This document shows, piece by piece, positions 42,247 to 55,195 of a stretch of 64,000 nucleotides of DNA. The notes under the pieces are model-generated. The model saw only the letters and a program-made list of their open reading frames with translations. It was not told the origin of the DNA and made no database searches. Both the position numbers and the translations under genes were made by a program. The DNA lies in the NCBI GenBank assembly GCA_028534125.1, contig CM052817.1, positions 65,846,001-65,910,000 of the forward strand, written 5' to 3'. How positions within the stretch are numbered: position 1 is the first letter of the stretch; every line of letters starts with the position of its first letter. This DNA is from Lama glama (taxonomy: Eukaryota).

Positions 42247-43745
42247 GAGTAGTAATATAAAATGCTTTTTCTTTTTTCATTGTTACAAGTGCATGCTTTG
42301 ATTGCCAACATTTCAGAAGTCAAATTACAAAGGCAAGGCTTTAGGCTGTAGTGAATTACTTGGGCACTTATACAATTGTTAAAAATATGAATGGACTTTT
42401 GTTGTTGTTTTCAGAATGAACCAGTTGTAACCCGTAACTGATATACAAAGGGAAAAAAGTGAAAAAAGTACATATTTTGTGGCACATGACAGAACAGAAC
42501 AAAATAACTAAACTGTTATGACGTTAACAGTTACCATGCATTTAGAGTTTCACATGTAACTACAAACTTATTTAAATTTCACAAGGTTTGCTAAACATGC
42601 TAACCATCTATATGTGCACTGACAAGCTTATGTTAAAAACTTTTAAGAATACTCTCCCCTGTAGATTTTGTCAAAGCTTTTTTTGATTACAAAATTTCAA
42701 AGGCATTAAGCATTTTAGAGAATATAAAGTACGCCAGTATACATACATTTCCAGTATATGTCAGACCACTAAGCGCATTACAGTCCCATACAGGCCGATA
42801 CAGCCATTTTTTTTTTCTTAAAAAACATGCATAGGCAGATTTTTTTTTTTTTACAGAATATAGATGCTTTATCACTGTACTTAATATGGTGTCTTGTTTA
42901 CTATACTTAAAAATGCACCACTCATAAATATTTAATTCAGCAAGCCACAACCAAGACTTGATTGATCAACAAAACCCCTAAATATAAACAGCAAAAAAAA
43001 AAAAAAGACAGATGTAATTATTCCAGTTTTTTAAAACTTAAAGAAAAGAAAAGAAGTTCATTGCCAAAGTAGTAAGTGTTATGTGGAAAGAAAGGCATTC
43101 GAGCACACTAAAGAAACCTGAGGTAAGCATAATCTGTACAAAATTAAACTGTCCTTTTTGGCATTTTAACAAATTTGCAACATTCTTTTTTTTTTTCTTT
43201 TTCTGTTTTTTTTTTAAGACTGCCTAATTCATTTTATAGCCATTGTCTGACAAGAGTAGCAAAACATTATCAATAAATAGTCCTTATTTAGTTTGTACAT
43301 CATTTTGTTAAAAATGTTTGATGTCATCCATTTTTAGTGCTGCAACTGTAAACGTACAATAGAGTAAGAAATTAGACAAAGTTTTCATGTCCAGTAACAT
43401 AATAAAAGACCTTTCATTAACCTATCTAGAAGTCCCTAATGCAGTAGGAAAACATGTTCATTCCCCTAACATTGCAGTATATACTAGCATTAGCTTTCTT
43501 TTTAAATTTTTTTTCTATAAGCATTTTTAAAAGGCATACCCCAAAGAGGTGTTTAATCACCACCCCCACCAAAATATAGTTTATTATCTCTCTCCCTCTT
43601 TTTAAATGATAGTGTAAACTGAATCCAACACCTGGCCCCAGAGCAAACAAGCTACCATCAGAGGCGAGAACATCCAACTGCTGATATGTAGCAATCCCCA
43701 TCATGCCCTGCAGCTCAAAAAAAAAAAAAAGTGAACAGGAAGTGG

Positions 43746-43958
<213 letters not shown>

Positions 43959-46900
43959 TTAAAAAAAGAAAAATCAGGTTAGCCAGGGGAAAACAAAGGG
44001 CACAGCGGCTGCAGCAGGTGATGTTAGAGATTTCGCAGTGAGAGAGGGGATCCTTTAGTGGAGAACAAAGTGACGGGACCTGAACACAACACGACAGACT
44101 CCTTACCATACCCGCAGATAACCGAGAGGTCTGGTAACAGCCAATGTCTCTTGCCAACCAAAATGTCCTCTTCACGTTAGTCAGATGTGAACGTTTCTCT
44201 TGTCTTCTCGGAAGTTTGGCTCAACGAAATCCCAAGCGGGTATTAAAGAGGAAGGCTGCTACCAGGGACAGGTCTCTAGACCCAGCATTGACTGGCTGCA
44301 TTATTGGCATAATTACTGCATCAAATGCCCTAACCTAGACAGACTGGAAATGGCCCTACTTTTACTATTCCATTGCAGTAGTAATGGCAAATTCAGTAGA
44401 ATCATTGAGGCAGCTAGACCTAAAAATCTAGTAAAGAGCTTAGAGCAGAAGCTAAAAGGAACAAACTTGGGGTATTTCCATGGCATCTCAGGATCCCAGA
44501 AAGACTTTCTTGGCAAACAACTCAATAGTGGCATGAAAAAAAAAATGAAATGATAAACTCCTGCTTCTCGACTCAGCTTTGGAAGCATGGGGAGTGGGTG
44601 ACAAGGTAAAAGAAACTCAGAAAAATCAAGACCAGATTCCTAAGAAGAAAAACTTTGACTTTCAGCAAGGAACAGGTCAAACTGGTTTTCATCTGGTCCA
44701 TTACTGCCTAAATCAAAGAAAAACTCTTGCTTAATAGACCAATGGAGATGCAAGTGATGGTTCAAGAATAGCAAAGGGAAAATGCTTTTTGCAACTTTTA
44801 GCAAAAACGAATAGGAATGGTTTGGGCCTTATTCAATGAAAACATGGATTTCTCAAAGGAGGGGCATTGATATTTGATTTTTTTTTTTTTTTGGTAACCT
44901 TTGTGTGCTCCAGAGATAGATAAGGCATTTGTGCGAGAGACGTTAACAATTTCTTCAGTACGTGCACCAACAAGTGAGCTGAAAACAAAGTACATGAATG
45001 GGGAGCCAATGACATCACTTCGCTTTACTTCCTGTGAAAGTGCAAGCCAGACACTGAAGGGCCAGTCACCAATGCTGAACTGGGCTGCATCTCCATGGCT
45101 GATGCAGGACAATGGCATTGTCCCCTTAGCCTTCCTACCCTATTTGAGGAAAAAAAAGGAAAGCAGTTTCAAGCTGAAACTTTACCAGCCACTCCCACAC
45201 AAATATGCAGTGCCTTTCATTAGTATGGATGAGATTCTTAAAGGATATACACAGTTGCTTTCAAACTCATTAAACGATGAGAAAGTTTGCTTCCCCCCTC
45301 TGCATTTTAAAGATTAGCATCATGGTGATTAGTCAACTATGAGAGGAAGAAGATGGGGAAATGGGGAAAGACCAAGGCCCAAAGCAAAGCTTCTTAATTC
45401 TTCTTTAATTCAATCATAAATTGCAAAATAATAGAGCTGTCTAACGAGCACCCACTCTGAAAACTAACTCAAGCATTTTGAGGGACCAAAGTAGTACTCT
45501 GTTGTTTTCCTAGACTACTGTGAACCTCATTTCATCATAATTTATATACATAAGTTTGTCATCATTACTGATGAAGCAATTTTACGAATTTAAATGGCAA
45601 AAAGTGGAATCTCTCTCTCTCTCTTTTTTTTTTTTAAGTTGTTTAAGGTTTTAAAAGCCAATGGGTGGCGGGAGCGGAGAGATTCTAAATCTAGCTAGAA
45701 CAATGGCTATGTCCGGAATGGGGCTCCATGTCTAATCGTTTCTGTCTCTCCTGGTCTGGAAGAATGTGCTCTGCTGTAGTTGCTGGTCAGACAATGGGTA
45801 TTAGCAATTTACATTGGTAGGATACTTAACACAACACAGAGTCACAGAAACCACAGAAAACAGCCAAACTATCAACAAGAATGCACACTGCAGATTAGAG
45901 TTTGCCAAGAGGAATAGAGAATTCCCACATAAATAGCAGTTTATTCACTGCTATTTAGGAAGCAGTTGTATTTTCTCTTACAGTGCCATCATTCCCGCTA
46001 CCGGACCCAAATCACGTACCAATCACTCTAAAGCGGCACTTTTTTATAGCATATCGAAGGACCATATCACACAATTTTGGGAACGATAAAACATTATCTT
46101 GCAAGAACAAAATACAACTGAAGAATTTTGTTTTAAAGGGGAACTTCGAATTATGCTTTTTAAAATTTCCAGATGGTAACGTACAGTGCATATCATATTA
46201 AAAACTACTTTGATCGGCAGTTCTCTCGTAACTATATGTTTAAAGAGCACTCGATTCAAAAGCAATTGCTAGAGGGTCCCCTGCGTGATCCCAGAGCAGT
46301 GCTAGGACACGGTTGTGTGCCCTCCTCGCTTCTCCTGAAGCACCTAGCATGGTGCCTGGTGCAACGCAGACACTCAGTAAGACATTAACCAATTGAGTGA
46401 TGATTCAATACTCACTATGCTTGTTACTGGCCACTTCCACAGCCACGAGAGACTGTCAAACGCTTTAGAATATTTTGCTGGTGCTAACTGTCCTACAAAT
46501 ACCAGGAGGTTAAAATTTCATAAGACTAGCAGAACTGTTTATCTCGTACACAGCTGTCTCTTGGAATATTTTTTAGAGGCATAAATGAATGTTGAACTAC
46601 AACGCAGCACTATTCAAATGAGCTTTTTCTTTTTGCTAGAAATTTCTTAACACTAGACTTCATAGAGCTATTTTTATTCTAGTTTCAAGCGCTGACTAAA
46701 AGTGATTTGAGGGAGGGACATGGTTCAGCTCCAAGAATATTGTTTTATCCATTATTTGTCAAAACGGCTGCCATAACCCCCACCCGACATGGTTCAAGAT
46801 AAATAATCCTTTTGTTTTCTGTGATTATCCTAGGATCATTGTATACAAAGTCAAACATAGCTTTAAGGGAAAAAAATAAACAAACAAACAAACCAGAAAA

Positions 46901-47102
46901 GGACATTTTCCCCTTTAAAGCAAGAACATTTTTGGTTAATACTGAGCCACAACTGTTAGCCCAACACCCACACACTCTGTACAAGCTACAGCAAAAAAAA
47001 AAAAAAAAAAAGAAAGAAAAAAAAAGAAAAAAAGAAAATGAATACACCCAGCAGAGCCCTTGTCTGTTGCAGGTACAACAGAAAGGGGACTGGCCAATTT
47101 AC

Positions 47103-47132
47103 CTTCATCAGCCTCAATAGCCTCAACAGTAG
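47103..47132 (-). CDS. PPP3CA: PPP3CA 30-nt cassette microexon (exon 13 equivalent)
   Basis: ttctcttcag|CTACTGTTGAGGCTATTGAGGCTGATGAAG|gtaaat. Encodes (A)TVEAIEADE(A), the known 10-aa alternatively spliced insert; symmetric phase 1/1. Confidence 0.96.
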
Positions 47133-49333
47133 CTGAAGAGAAGAAAGGGGGTGCAAAGTGAATGAGAAAAATGAGCAGAGGATTTTTAACTCTAAGAACA
47201 AATCAGTGACGATCAAGGGAGCTAAGAGGATTAATGTTCCTGTAAGGGCTGGATTCTGACACAGACAACAAAACAGAAATGCTAAAAAGAAAGGGAAAAA
47301 ACACAACGGAAGTGGTAAGTTTATCTCATGAGCTGGATACACCTATCTGAGTGAACCGCTTTGGATCTTGCTCACTAAATGAACGACCAAACGATCAACC
47401 TTTGGAAAACACTCAGGGAAGGTTTCTTTCGCTTAGACTGAATCTACAGGGCACTCGGTCAACCTAAAATGTGCATTTGGCTCATACAAAGTATGATAAA
47501 TCCACTACTATGATTAGTGATTTATAGTTTTAAAATGCCCCCCCAAAACGGCAGAAGTTGAAGCATTACCATAATGTCAGTGGCATAATTTATGCTGTTT
47601 AACATGGGATGGAAAAGCAGGGAGGATATAAATTTAGAGGAAGAATAAAATCAATGTGTCTGCTTTGATAACATGTGGGACTTTTAAAGACAAACACTGG
47701 GCATGTTTAGAGTGGTGACAGAGAAAGGCAAAAGGAACAGGAGAAAATGGGTATAGTTTGGACTTCTTTTGCCAGGCAACCCATTTTAAAATGAGTTTTC
47801 CTCATTGGAATATCATTTTGGGAAACAAAATTCTTGCAATGTCACCATCAAGAGGTAACATGCCAGTAGCAGCAATAATTCTATTAGTGTTTTAAAGAAA
47901 AGATGGTCTAAATACTGAAACCTAAGCATATTTTAGAGGCAAACTTTAAACGCCCATTGCTTTATCAGCTATTTTTACAATAAGGTTAAGGTCTACATTC
48001 TCACTATACAGGCATATGAATCCTACTATGTTATTAAGGCTAGGGGATACTTCCCTAATTAAGTGCGAAAATGCAAAACTCCTCTGTAACTCCAAAATGT
48101 TTAATATTAAAATCCTACCCCTTGACTTTAATTTGCAGATTTCTTATAATTGAAGGTCTTAAAACTAGAGCAACTGCTAAATGTGCAGTATAATTCACTT
48201 AAAGTGCATTTCAAATTCCTTATGATAGAAATGCAGAATGGTTACCACCATGGAGAAAAGCTAAATAGCAAAACTTTAAGTAGTTTCCCCTTTCGGACAA
48301 ATTAAAGGGCATCAGACAATGAATTCTGAAATTGTACTGATGTACATGGTTTAAAATATACAATGACTTTTCCAACTCTCAGGACTACTGAGGTTCCAAA
48401 CCTTATGTCTGCTATCTATGTATGTGCTTGTGTGTGTATGTAAGTTCAACACAGAATAACAAACCAATGGATTTAAAATAAAACAACAGAAAAGGAAACT
48501 GAATAACCCAGGTGAAAATCTGGAAACAAAACAAAGAATTGTAAGAACTTAAATAACTTAAGTTTAAAAGTAAAGCAAACATCTGGAACCGCACCAGCAC
48601 CAACATATTAGAAATATGTACTTTCATTATTAAATGTATTCTTCTAAAGCAATTGTGGCCCATAGTTTCTGATAATACACTTGCTGTACCTTAAAACTGT
48701 GCTTCTCAGAAACTATGCAGATTTCAGTCAATTAGATGGTTGTGCATTTTGTGCATATAAATTATCTCTTTGTGCTAATGTTCTCAGACAGCATGTTTAC
48801 TTTGGTGGGAAATTTTTGGGGTTTTTTTTTTTTGGTTATTAAATAATCATTAGCTATAAATTAAAGGGCGAATTTACTTCAGTTCTGTGGTATTCTCCTA
48901 CCTTCACTTAGAAATTTTTTCTTTTTGTGGAAACTCAGGGGCATTGATTTTGGAATAAATTCACACGAAAATAAAGGAAATTACAGTGATGCTGCCGGAA
49001 TGTGATCACTTAGCAGAACCGTATTGATGAAGTTGGACATCACTCTCTATGTAAAAGAGGTGAATCTAAACAACATAACCATGAGAATACCAGAATCTGG
49101 GACAAGGATAGAAAAGAAAACACAAAAAAAGCTTCAGGGAAAGATACAGGAACATAAGCAAGAGGCTGAGATTGTTTTGAAAATGTTATAGCATATTTCT
49201 GTTTTCAATTTTTTCAATTAAAGTCGAATAGAAAAGCACAATTTCCATAAAGTATGCTAAAATTGGACTCTAATGAATGATATTACTTAAAATAGGTAAA
49301 GAAAATAAGTAACAAAGTAAAATAGCTATATTG

Positions 49334-49533
49334 ACTGTGCTGTCTAATATGGTAGCCACTAGCCACATGTAGCTATTTAAATCAAACTAATGAAAATTAG
49401 ATGAAATAAAAAATTCAGTTTTCTCGGCTGTATGAGCTGTATTTCAAGTGCTCAATAGCCCCATATATTGCCAGTGGCTTCTGTACATATACACAAATCT
49501 CCATCATCACATGAAGTTCTAGTGGACAGCACT
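49334..49533 (+). mobile_element. MER3 hAT-Charlie MITE
   Basis: gtgctgtctaatatggtagccactagccacatgtagctattt ... gaagttctagtggacagcac, with terminal inverted repeats. Confidence 0.85.
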
Positions 49534-50059
49534 CATCCAAAAAACTAGAGATTTCATCCGTTTTCAAAAATAAAATATGGTTCTACTCAGTCTCCTTTGT
49601 TTTAGATGAATAAATCAGAGAAAAGACCCATATGGCTTCAATTTCAATTCCAGTGGATAAAGAAATCAGCCCTTTTTATATTCTTCCATTCTCCAGTAAA
49701 TCCTAGGCTTAGGCATGAATATTTATGTGTGTATGTGTTTATTTCATCAAGCAAACAGATAACCAATACATTTAAGAAAAATGTAATTAAAAAGTTCTTT
49801 TCTAGCAACTGCTTGGCTCCAAGTGGCCAACTCTACTGTGCATGTGCGTGACCTGAACGAGCTGTCTCACAGCCGGGCCTGAAATCCTGGTTCATACGCA
49901 AATGAGGAGATGGGGGCGGCAGGGTACAGACCACCGCTCCAGGCAATGAGGGCGCGACTGAGTGGGGCGTGACTGGTCAAACCGCTGGGAGGTTCCAGCC
50001 CTGCTTCCAGCGGAGAAGAACTGAAGACCAAGACCAAACTCAAATGGATGAATTAATCA

Positions 50060-50254
<195 letters not shown>

Positions 50255-51060
50255 TTACCTTTTATTGCAGGAAAAAGAAAAGACTTGAAGGGAAAAAATA
50301 AGTGTATGTAAGAACTCACATTTACCTCTACTTTGGCTCTCTTGATTGCTCGCTCTCTCTCTTTTTTTGTACTTAAAACATACTGTATTTTCATACATTG
50401 ATGTATAAGTCATGCTATGTAAATGACATGACTGCTAGGATAGAGTTTGGAATTACACCGTGGTGGAGGTTCCGTCCCTTCTGAGTACTCAAGATACAGA
50501 ACACAGTTCTGATTCTGCACGCCGGCATCACAGTACAAAGTGTTTGTGGGCAGCCTCCGTGACACCATAAGTATGTTAAAAAACAAACAAACAAAGCCAG
50601 GGAGATTGCTGATGTCAGTTTTCCAGCCAAGGCTCAGCAAAAAGAAGTGGAGCTGATCTGACTGGGGAGAGAAGACCAGCGACTACCTGGGAGATGGAAA
50701 AAATCCGATCTATGGATTGAGAAACTAGGAACCACATCCGGGGATCGTTAAGGAATTCCAACATTACATGACACACACCAAAAATAATGGCAACGAGTCA
50801 ATAAAACAACTGGTCAAGTTTCCAGCTTTTCTTTTCAGCCTCTTTCCCCACTGATTTGCTTAATATAAAATTGACTACTCATTATGATAACTGTTTTACC
50901 ATCCGTTTTATATACTTCATTCATTATTTTGATTACATTTAGTAATCACAGCAAAGCATTAATCAAATGATTAAATAACCATAAAACAGGAATCACCTCA
51001 TGTATTTTCATATAACAGATACTGTTATCTGACATAACCAGAAAAAAAAATAGTTACAAT

Positions 51061-51081
51061 ACACACACACACACACACACA
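51061..51081. repeat. (AC)n microsatellite
   Basis: About 10 AC units. Confidence 0.9.
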
Positions 51082-51139
51082 TAATGTCTGTAATATGTAC
51101 AACTATCTACGTCACATTTTTATGAAGATGGCTAATATG

Positions 51140-52370
51140 ACCCAAACAAAATTCCCAAACTACCCCCAAAGCTACTACTTCACAATCTTTCTTCAACTTC
51201 ATCTTTTTAAAAAAATTGTTTTAACTTCATGTTTACCTTAGTTGAAAGAATGACCCTTTTGCTCCTTTTACCCTTTCTTATTCCACATCTATCAGTCAGC
51301 AAATCTTGAGGATTCTACCCTCCAAATATTTCCAGTATCCTACCACTTGTCACAATACCAGCCCCTCACCGCTTTTAAAAACAGCCTTTTTTTGTGATAT
51401 AACTAAGTTATCATAACAATCTACCCACTTAAAATGTATAATTCAATCAATGGTTTTTCTTCTGTTTACATAGTTGTGAAACCATCACCACAGTGAATTT
51501 CAGCACATTTTCATTAATCCAGAAAGAAATCTTGTGTCCATTAGAGGTCACTCTGCATTTCTTTCAGTCCTATACAACCACTCATCTGCCTTCTGTAGAT
51601 TTGCTTCTTCTGGACACTTCTTACAAATGGCAGCTTGTGGTCTTCTGTGACTGAATTCTTTCCCTAACCACCAGCATCTTACTTGGATCACTCCAGCAGC
51701 CTCTTAACTGGTCTCTCTGCTGCAGCCTGGTCACGCTCGTGCCCCCTCCTCCCATTATCTATTCTCAGTATACTAGCCAGGTTGAGCCTTTTAATACCTA
51801 CACAGATCCTGTCACTCCTCTATGCAAAACTCTCCAATGGTTTCTCCTCTTATTAAAGGTGAAAGGCATAAATCTTTAAAAGATTTGCCCAGAGCCCTAA
51901 AGAACTAGCTCCCAACCCACAGTCTCCCATCCTCACCCATCTCTCGGACTTCATGTCTTACCAGCAACCACGTCCCGTAGTGTTCCTCAAACACACCCTG
52001 CACACCTCGCCTCAGGGTGCTGCACTGTTCTGTCACACTCTTCCCCCAGGTATCTGCGTGACTCCGTCCCTCCCAGCCTCCAACTCTCTGCTCAAGCATT
52101 GCCTCCTAAGTGAGGACTTCCTTGAAAATGCTAAATCAAATGATAATTAAAATACATGCACCTTCTTACTCTTTATCTCTCCTTGCCTATTTTATTTTTT
52201 AATTAATTAATTAATTTCTTTTGAGCTCCTCTGCCTGCTACATCCACCCTAGCTAGAGAAGCTTCATGTGAACAGGGGTTTCTGACTGCTTTGTTTCTGC
52301 TCCATCCACAACACCTAGATCAGAACAGGACTCTGTACATAGTCGATCGACATTCAAAAAACATTTGCTA
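51140..52370 (+). mobile_element. L2 3' portion, interrupted by an L1 fragment
   Basis: ccacatctatcagtcagcaaatc, cagcagcctcttaactggtctc, cagatcctgtcactcctct, and a 3' end acacctagatcagaacagg ... aaacatttgct. Confidence 0.8.
51372..51665 (-). mobile_element. L1MA/MB-type 3' end nested in L2
   Basis: acagccttttttt ... tacccacttaaaatgtataattcaat ... gttgtgaaaccatcaccaca ... gatttgcttcttctggacactt. Confidence 0.8.
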
Positions 52371-52789
52371 AGGGCAGGAGTCAAAGGAAAATAGAATGAG
52401 GCATAGTAGTGTTAATTCACATTTTAGATTTCCGAGTCTTTTCCTGCTATTTAGGGCCAACCCCTAAGCTCAGGCTAATGGTTAGTCCCCAATATGCTGA
52501 GAAAGAAAACTCTTCCCCTTTTGGCCCCTCCGATTCCACACCTGACAGAGGAATTGCCTTCTCTGCTAGCTCCTTCCCCAAGATGTTCACTTTGAAGCAC
52601 AAGTCCTGAGTACATTCACTTGACTGGTGGATCCCAGCAACATGCAGCACCTTATGGGCCAGGGCTCCTGAAAGACAGGTTTCTGGTTCCCTTATAATAC
52701 TGCAAATTATCAAAATGTCAGGACTGTGTTTGACAGCTCTACCTGACAAATGTGTACCACCATCCGGATTCATCCATTACATGTTAAAA

Positions 52790-53300
52790 CATCTAGCTTC
52801 ATAAACTCCTTGTATTCGTCTCTTCCCTTGCATCTCTCCTCCCACAGTCTGCTTCAACATCTTTTGCTTGGATTACTTCAATGGCTTCTTAAATGCTCTG
52901 ACACCTGTAAGTCATCTTGCTATCCGATCTTCACACGGTAATTACATATTCATCTCAACATGGGTTACAGCATGCCTCTCATCCTGTGAAAACCATTCCA
53001 TGACTCCTTGTTGCCAAGATATAAAAAATTACACGCTTAACCATGGTCTTCAAATCCATCAGGAATCTGGACTTAAATACACTTTTCAGCCTCATTTTTT
53101 ACTAGATTCCACACTCATCTTCATGTCTTACTATCCAGCTCTTCTAAATACTTAGGATTCACTGACTACGTAGTTTACTTTCAAGTCAGATTCTCATCAG
53201 TACTGCTCACTAACTGAGTGAGTTTGGACACGTTGCTTAGCCTCTTTCAGTTGGTTTCCTCATTGAGGTCAACTCCACTTTGCCAGCTTGCTATGTGGAT
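52790..53300 (+). mobile_element. L2 fragment followed by MIR fragment
   Basis: cttggattacttcaatggcttcttaaatgctct; then ctgagtgagtttggacacgttgcttagcctct ... gtttcctcat. Confidence 0.5.
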
Positions 53301-55036
53301 TCCTCTCAAATGGGTGCGCCACGGGGCATAGGGCATCTGGCCCTTAACGAGCACCCCAGAAAACACTGCTCTTAGGTCCCTGGGATCTTGAGGATTTCTC
53401 AGCTGCCAGGAATGCCTTCACCACAGTCCTCCACCTAGTAGAATCCAGCCTAGCCTCCACAACACTTCTCCAAGGGCAACCTCTTCACAAACATTCCTTT
53501 CAGGAAACAAAAGGGCTCCTTCCTGGCCTCTTCCACAGCAGGGCGCCTCTCCATGTATTTAGCATACATCCCATGGCCTTATTTAGTTTACTGTCAACAC
53601 ATCTGGCATTTCAATTTGGTGTCCACTTTGCCTAACGTAGTGTATAGTATACATTTAACACTCAATCATGACTTACTTTTCTCTAGAGATGACCACCCTG
53701 TGTTCAACACATTTATGACAGATGCTTTTATTATAGGAAGCAATACTATGCCCCGTGTTTTTATTTTTCTACCAAGATGTGAAATCTTAAGTAACTGATC
53801 ATCAGCGGGTTCAAATGAACCATTTCTCAGCTGCGAATAACTGCATCTTACAAACCAGCAGGCAGGGGACTAGCGGGGCTTTCCAACCTTAAGACCTATC
53901 TATGATTCTGCAGCACTGCGCCTGCCACCTTCATGTAATCTGCAGACATGTAGATACAAAGACTTTTTAAAACTTTTTTTCTTCCACTGCTTTATTACAT
54001 TTATTTTGAATGAATGAATGAGCCCTGCAGGTTCAGTGAGGAATATAAAGCACTGGAGCCGCGGTGGCTGCGTTCACTAGGCTGGGGGGAGCGACTATGC
54101 TCGTCCTTAGCTCTCACAGGACTTTTCAAGATTTGGCTGCTACCGCGGAGCTATTCCTGCCTTTGATCTGGTGTCTCTGGGAAAGGATGATCGTGCTTTT
54201 CATCCTTCTCCTGGCTCCTGCTTTGGGTGTCAAATCACTTAATTACTCTTGAGTGACTCTACCAAGAGCAGGGTAGAAATAGCAAGAAGGAGAAATCAAA
54301 AGAGCCAGGGTAGCGACTCCTGGAAAAAGAGTTGGAAAAAAAAATCCGGCAGATATTATGTTATGAAATTATACAATGTGGAGATGGATTTACTCCCAAG
54401 ATATTCCTATTTACCCTTGTTAATGTGTAATTGTGAACTGACTGTATATTCCTAACATACAATAATACCGCATTTGAAAGCAATATTTCCAAGAGAAATA
54501 TAGTTACTTTGTATTATCCAGGAATAAATAACTGAATTTAAGTAAAGAAAAGTGTAGTTAATACTCTTCAAGAAAATACTTGTCTTCTAAATCCATGCTT
54601 AATAACATGATTCATGATCTATTTAAAAAATAACTACCATATGGGAACTAAACACTAAATAACTTTTTTCCTTCAATGATTTATTACAATAATTTAGATT
54701 CATATGAACATGCTTTACGGTTGATGCTCATTTCCTAGAAATCTAGTGGAATGCACCTGATAAATTCATCTTTTACTGCAGAGCAAGAGTGAAAAATAAA
54801 AAGGATTATAATAGCTTTTCTATTTTATAACATGTTCAACCTATTGTGAAATGAAGGTTTTAAAGTCCTGCAGCAAACAGAGGGATAAAATGTGAAGCAG
54901 TCTATTTAGAGGCTTTCTCTATGGAAATAATTTAGTAGTCTCAAATTGACTAAAATAGTGAGGAACTGACAATTCCATTAAAAAATAATTATGAAAAGCA
55001 AATAGTTTCTTGTAAAATGTTTAAATTACCAGATTA

Positions 55037-55195
<159 letters not shown>

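Larger units (their letters stand above)
41322..43745 (-). other. PPP3CA: PPP3CA 3'UTR (about 2.4 kb)
   Basis: Repeat-free, AU-rich sequence from the stop codon to AATAAA/ATTAAA at 41352-41333, followed by a GU/U-rich element. The 3' end is approximate. Confidence 0.8.

Noticed and set aside
44901..45317. 138-aa plus-strand ORF
   Set aside because: Non-ATG start, no recognisable homology, and it crosses an A homopolymer.
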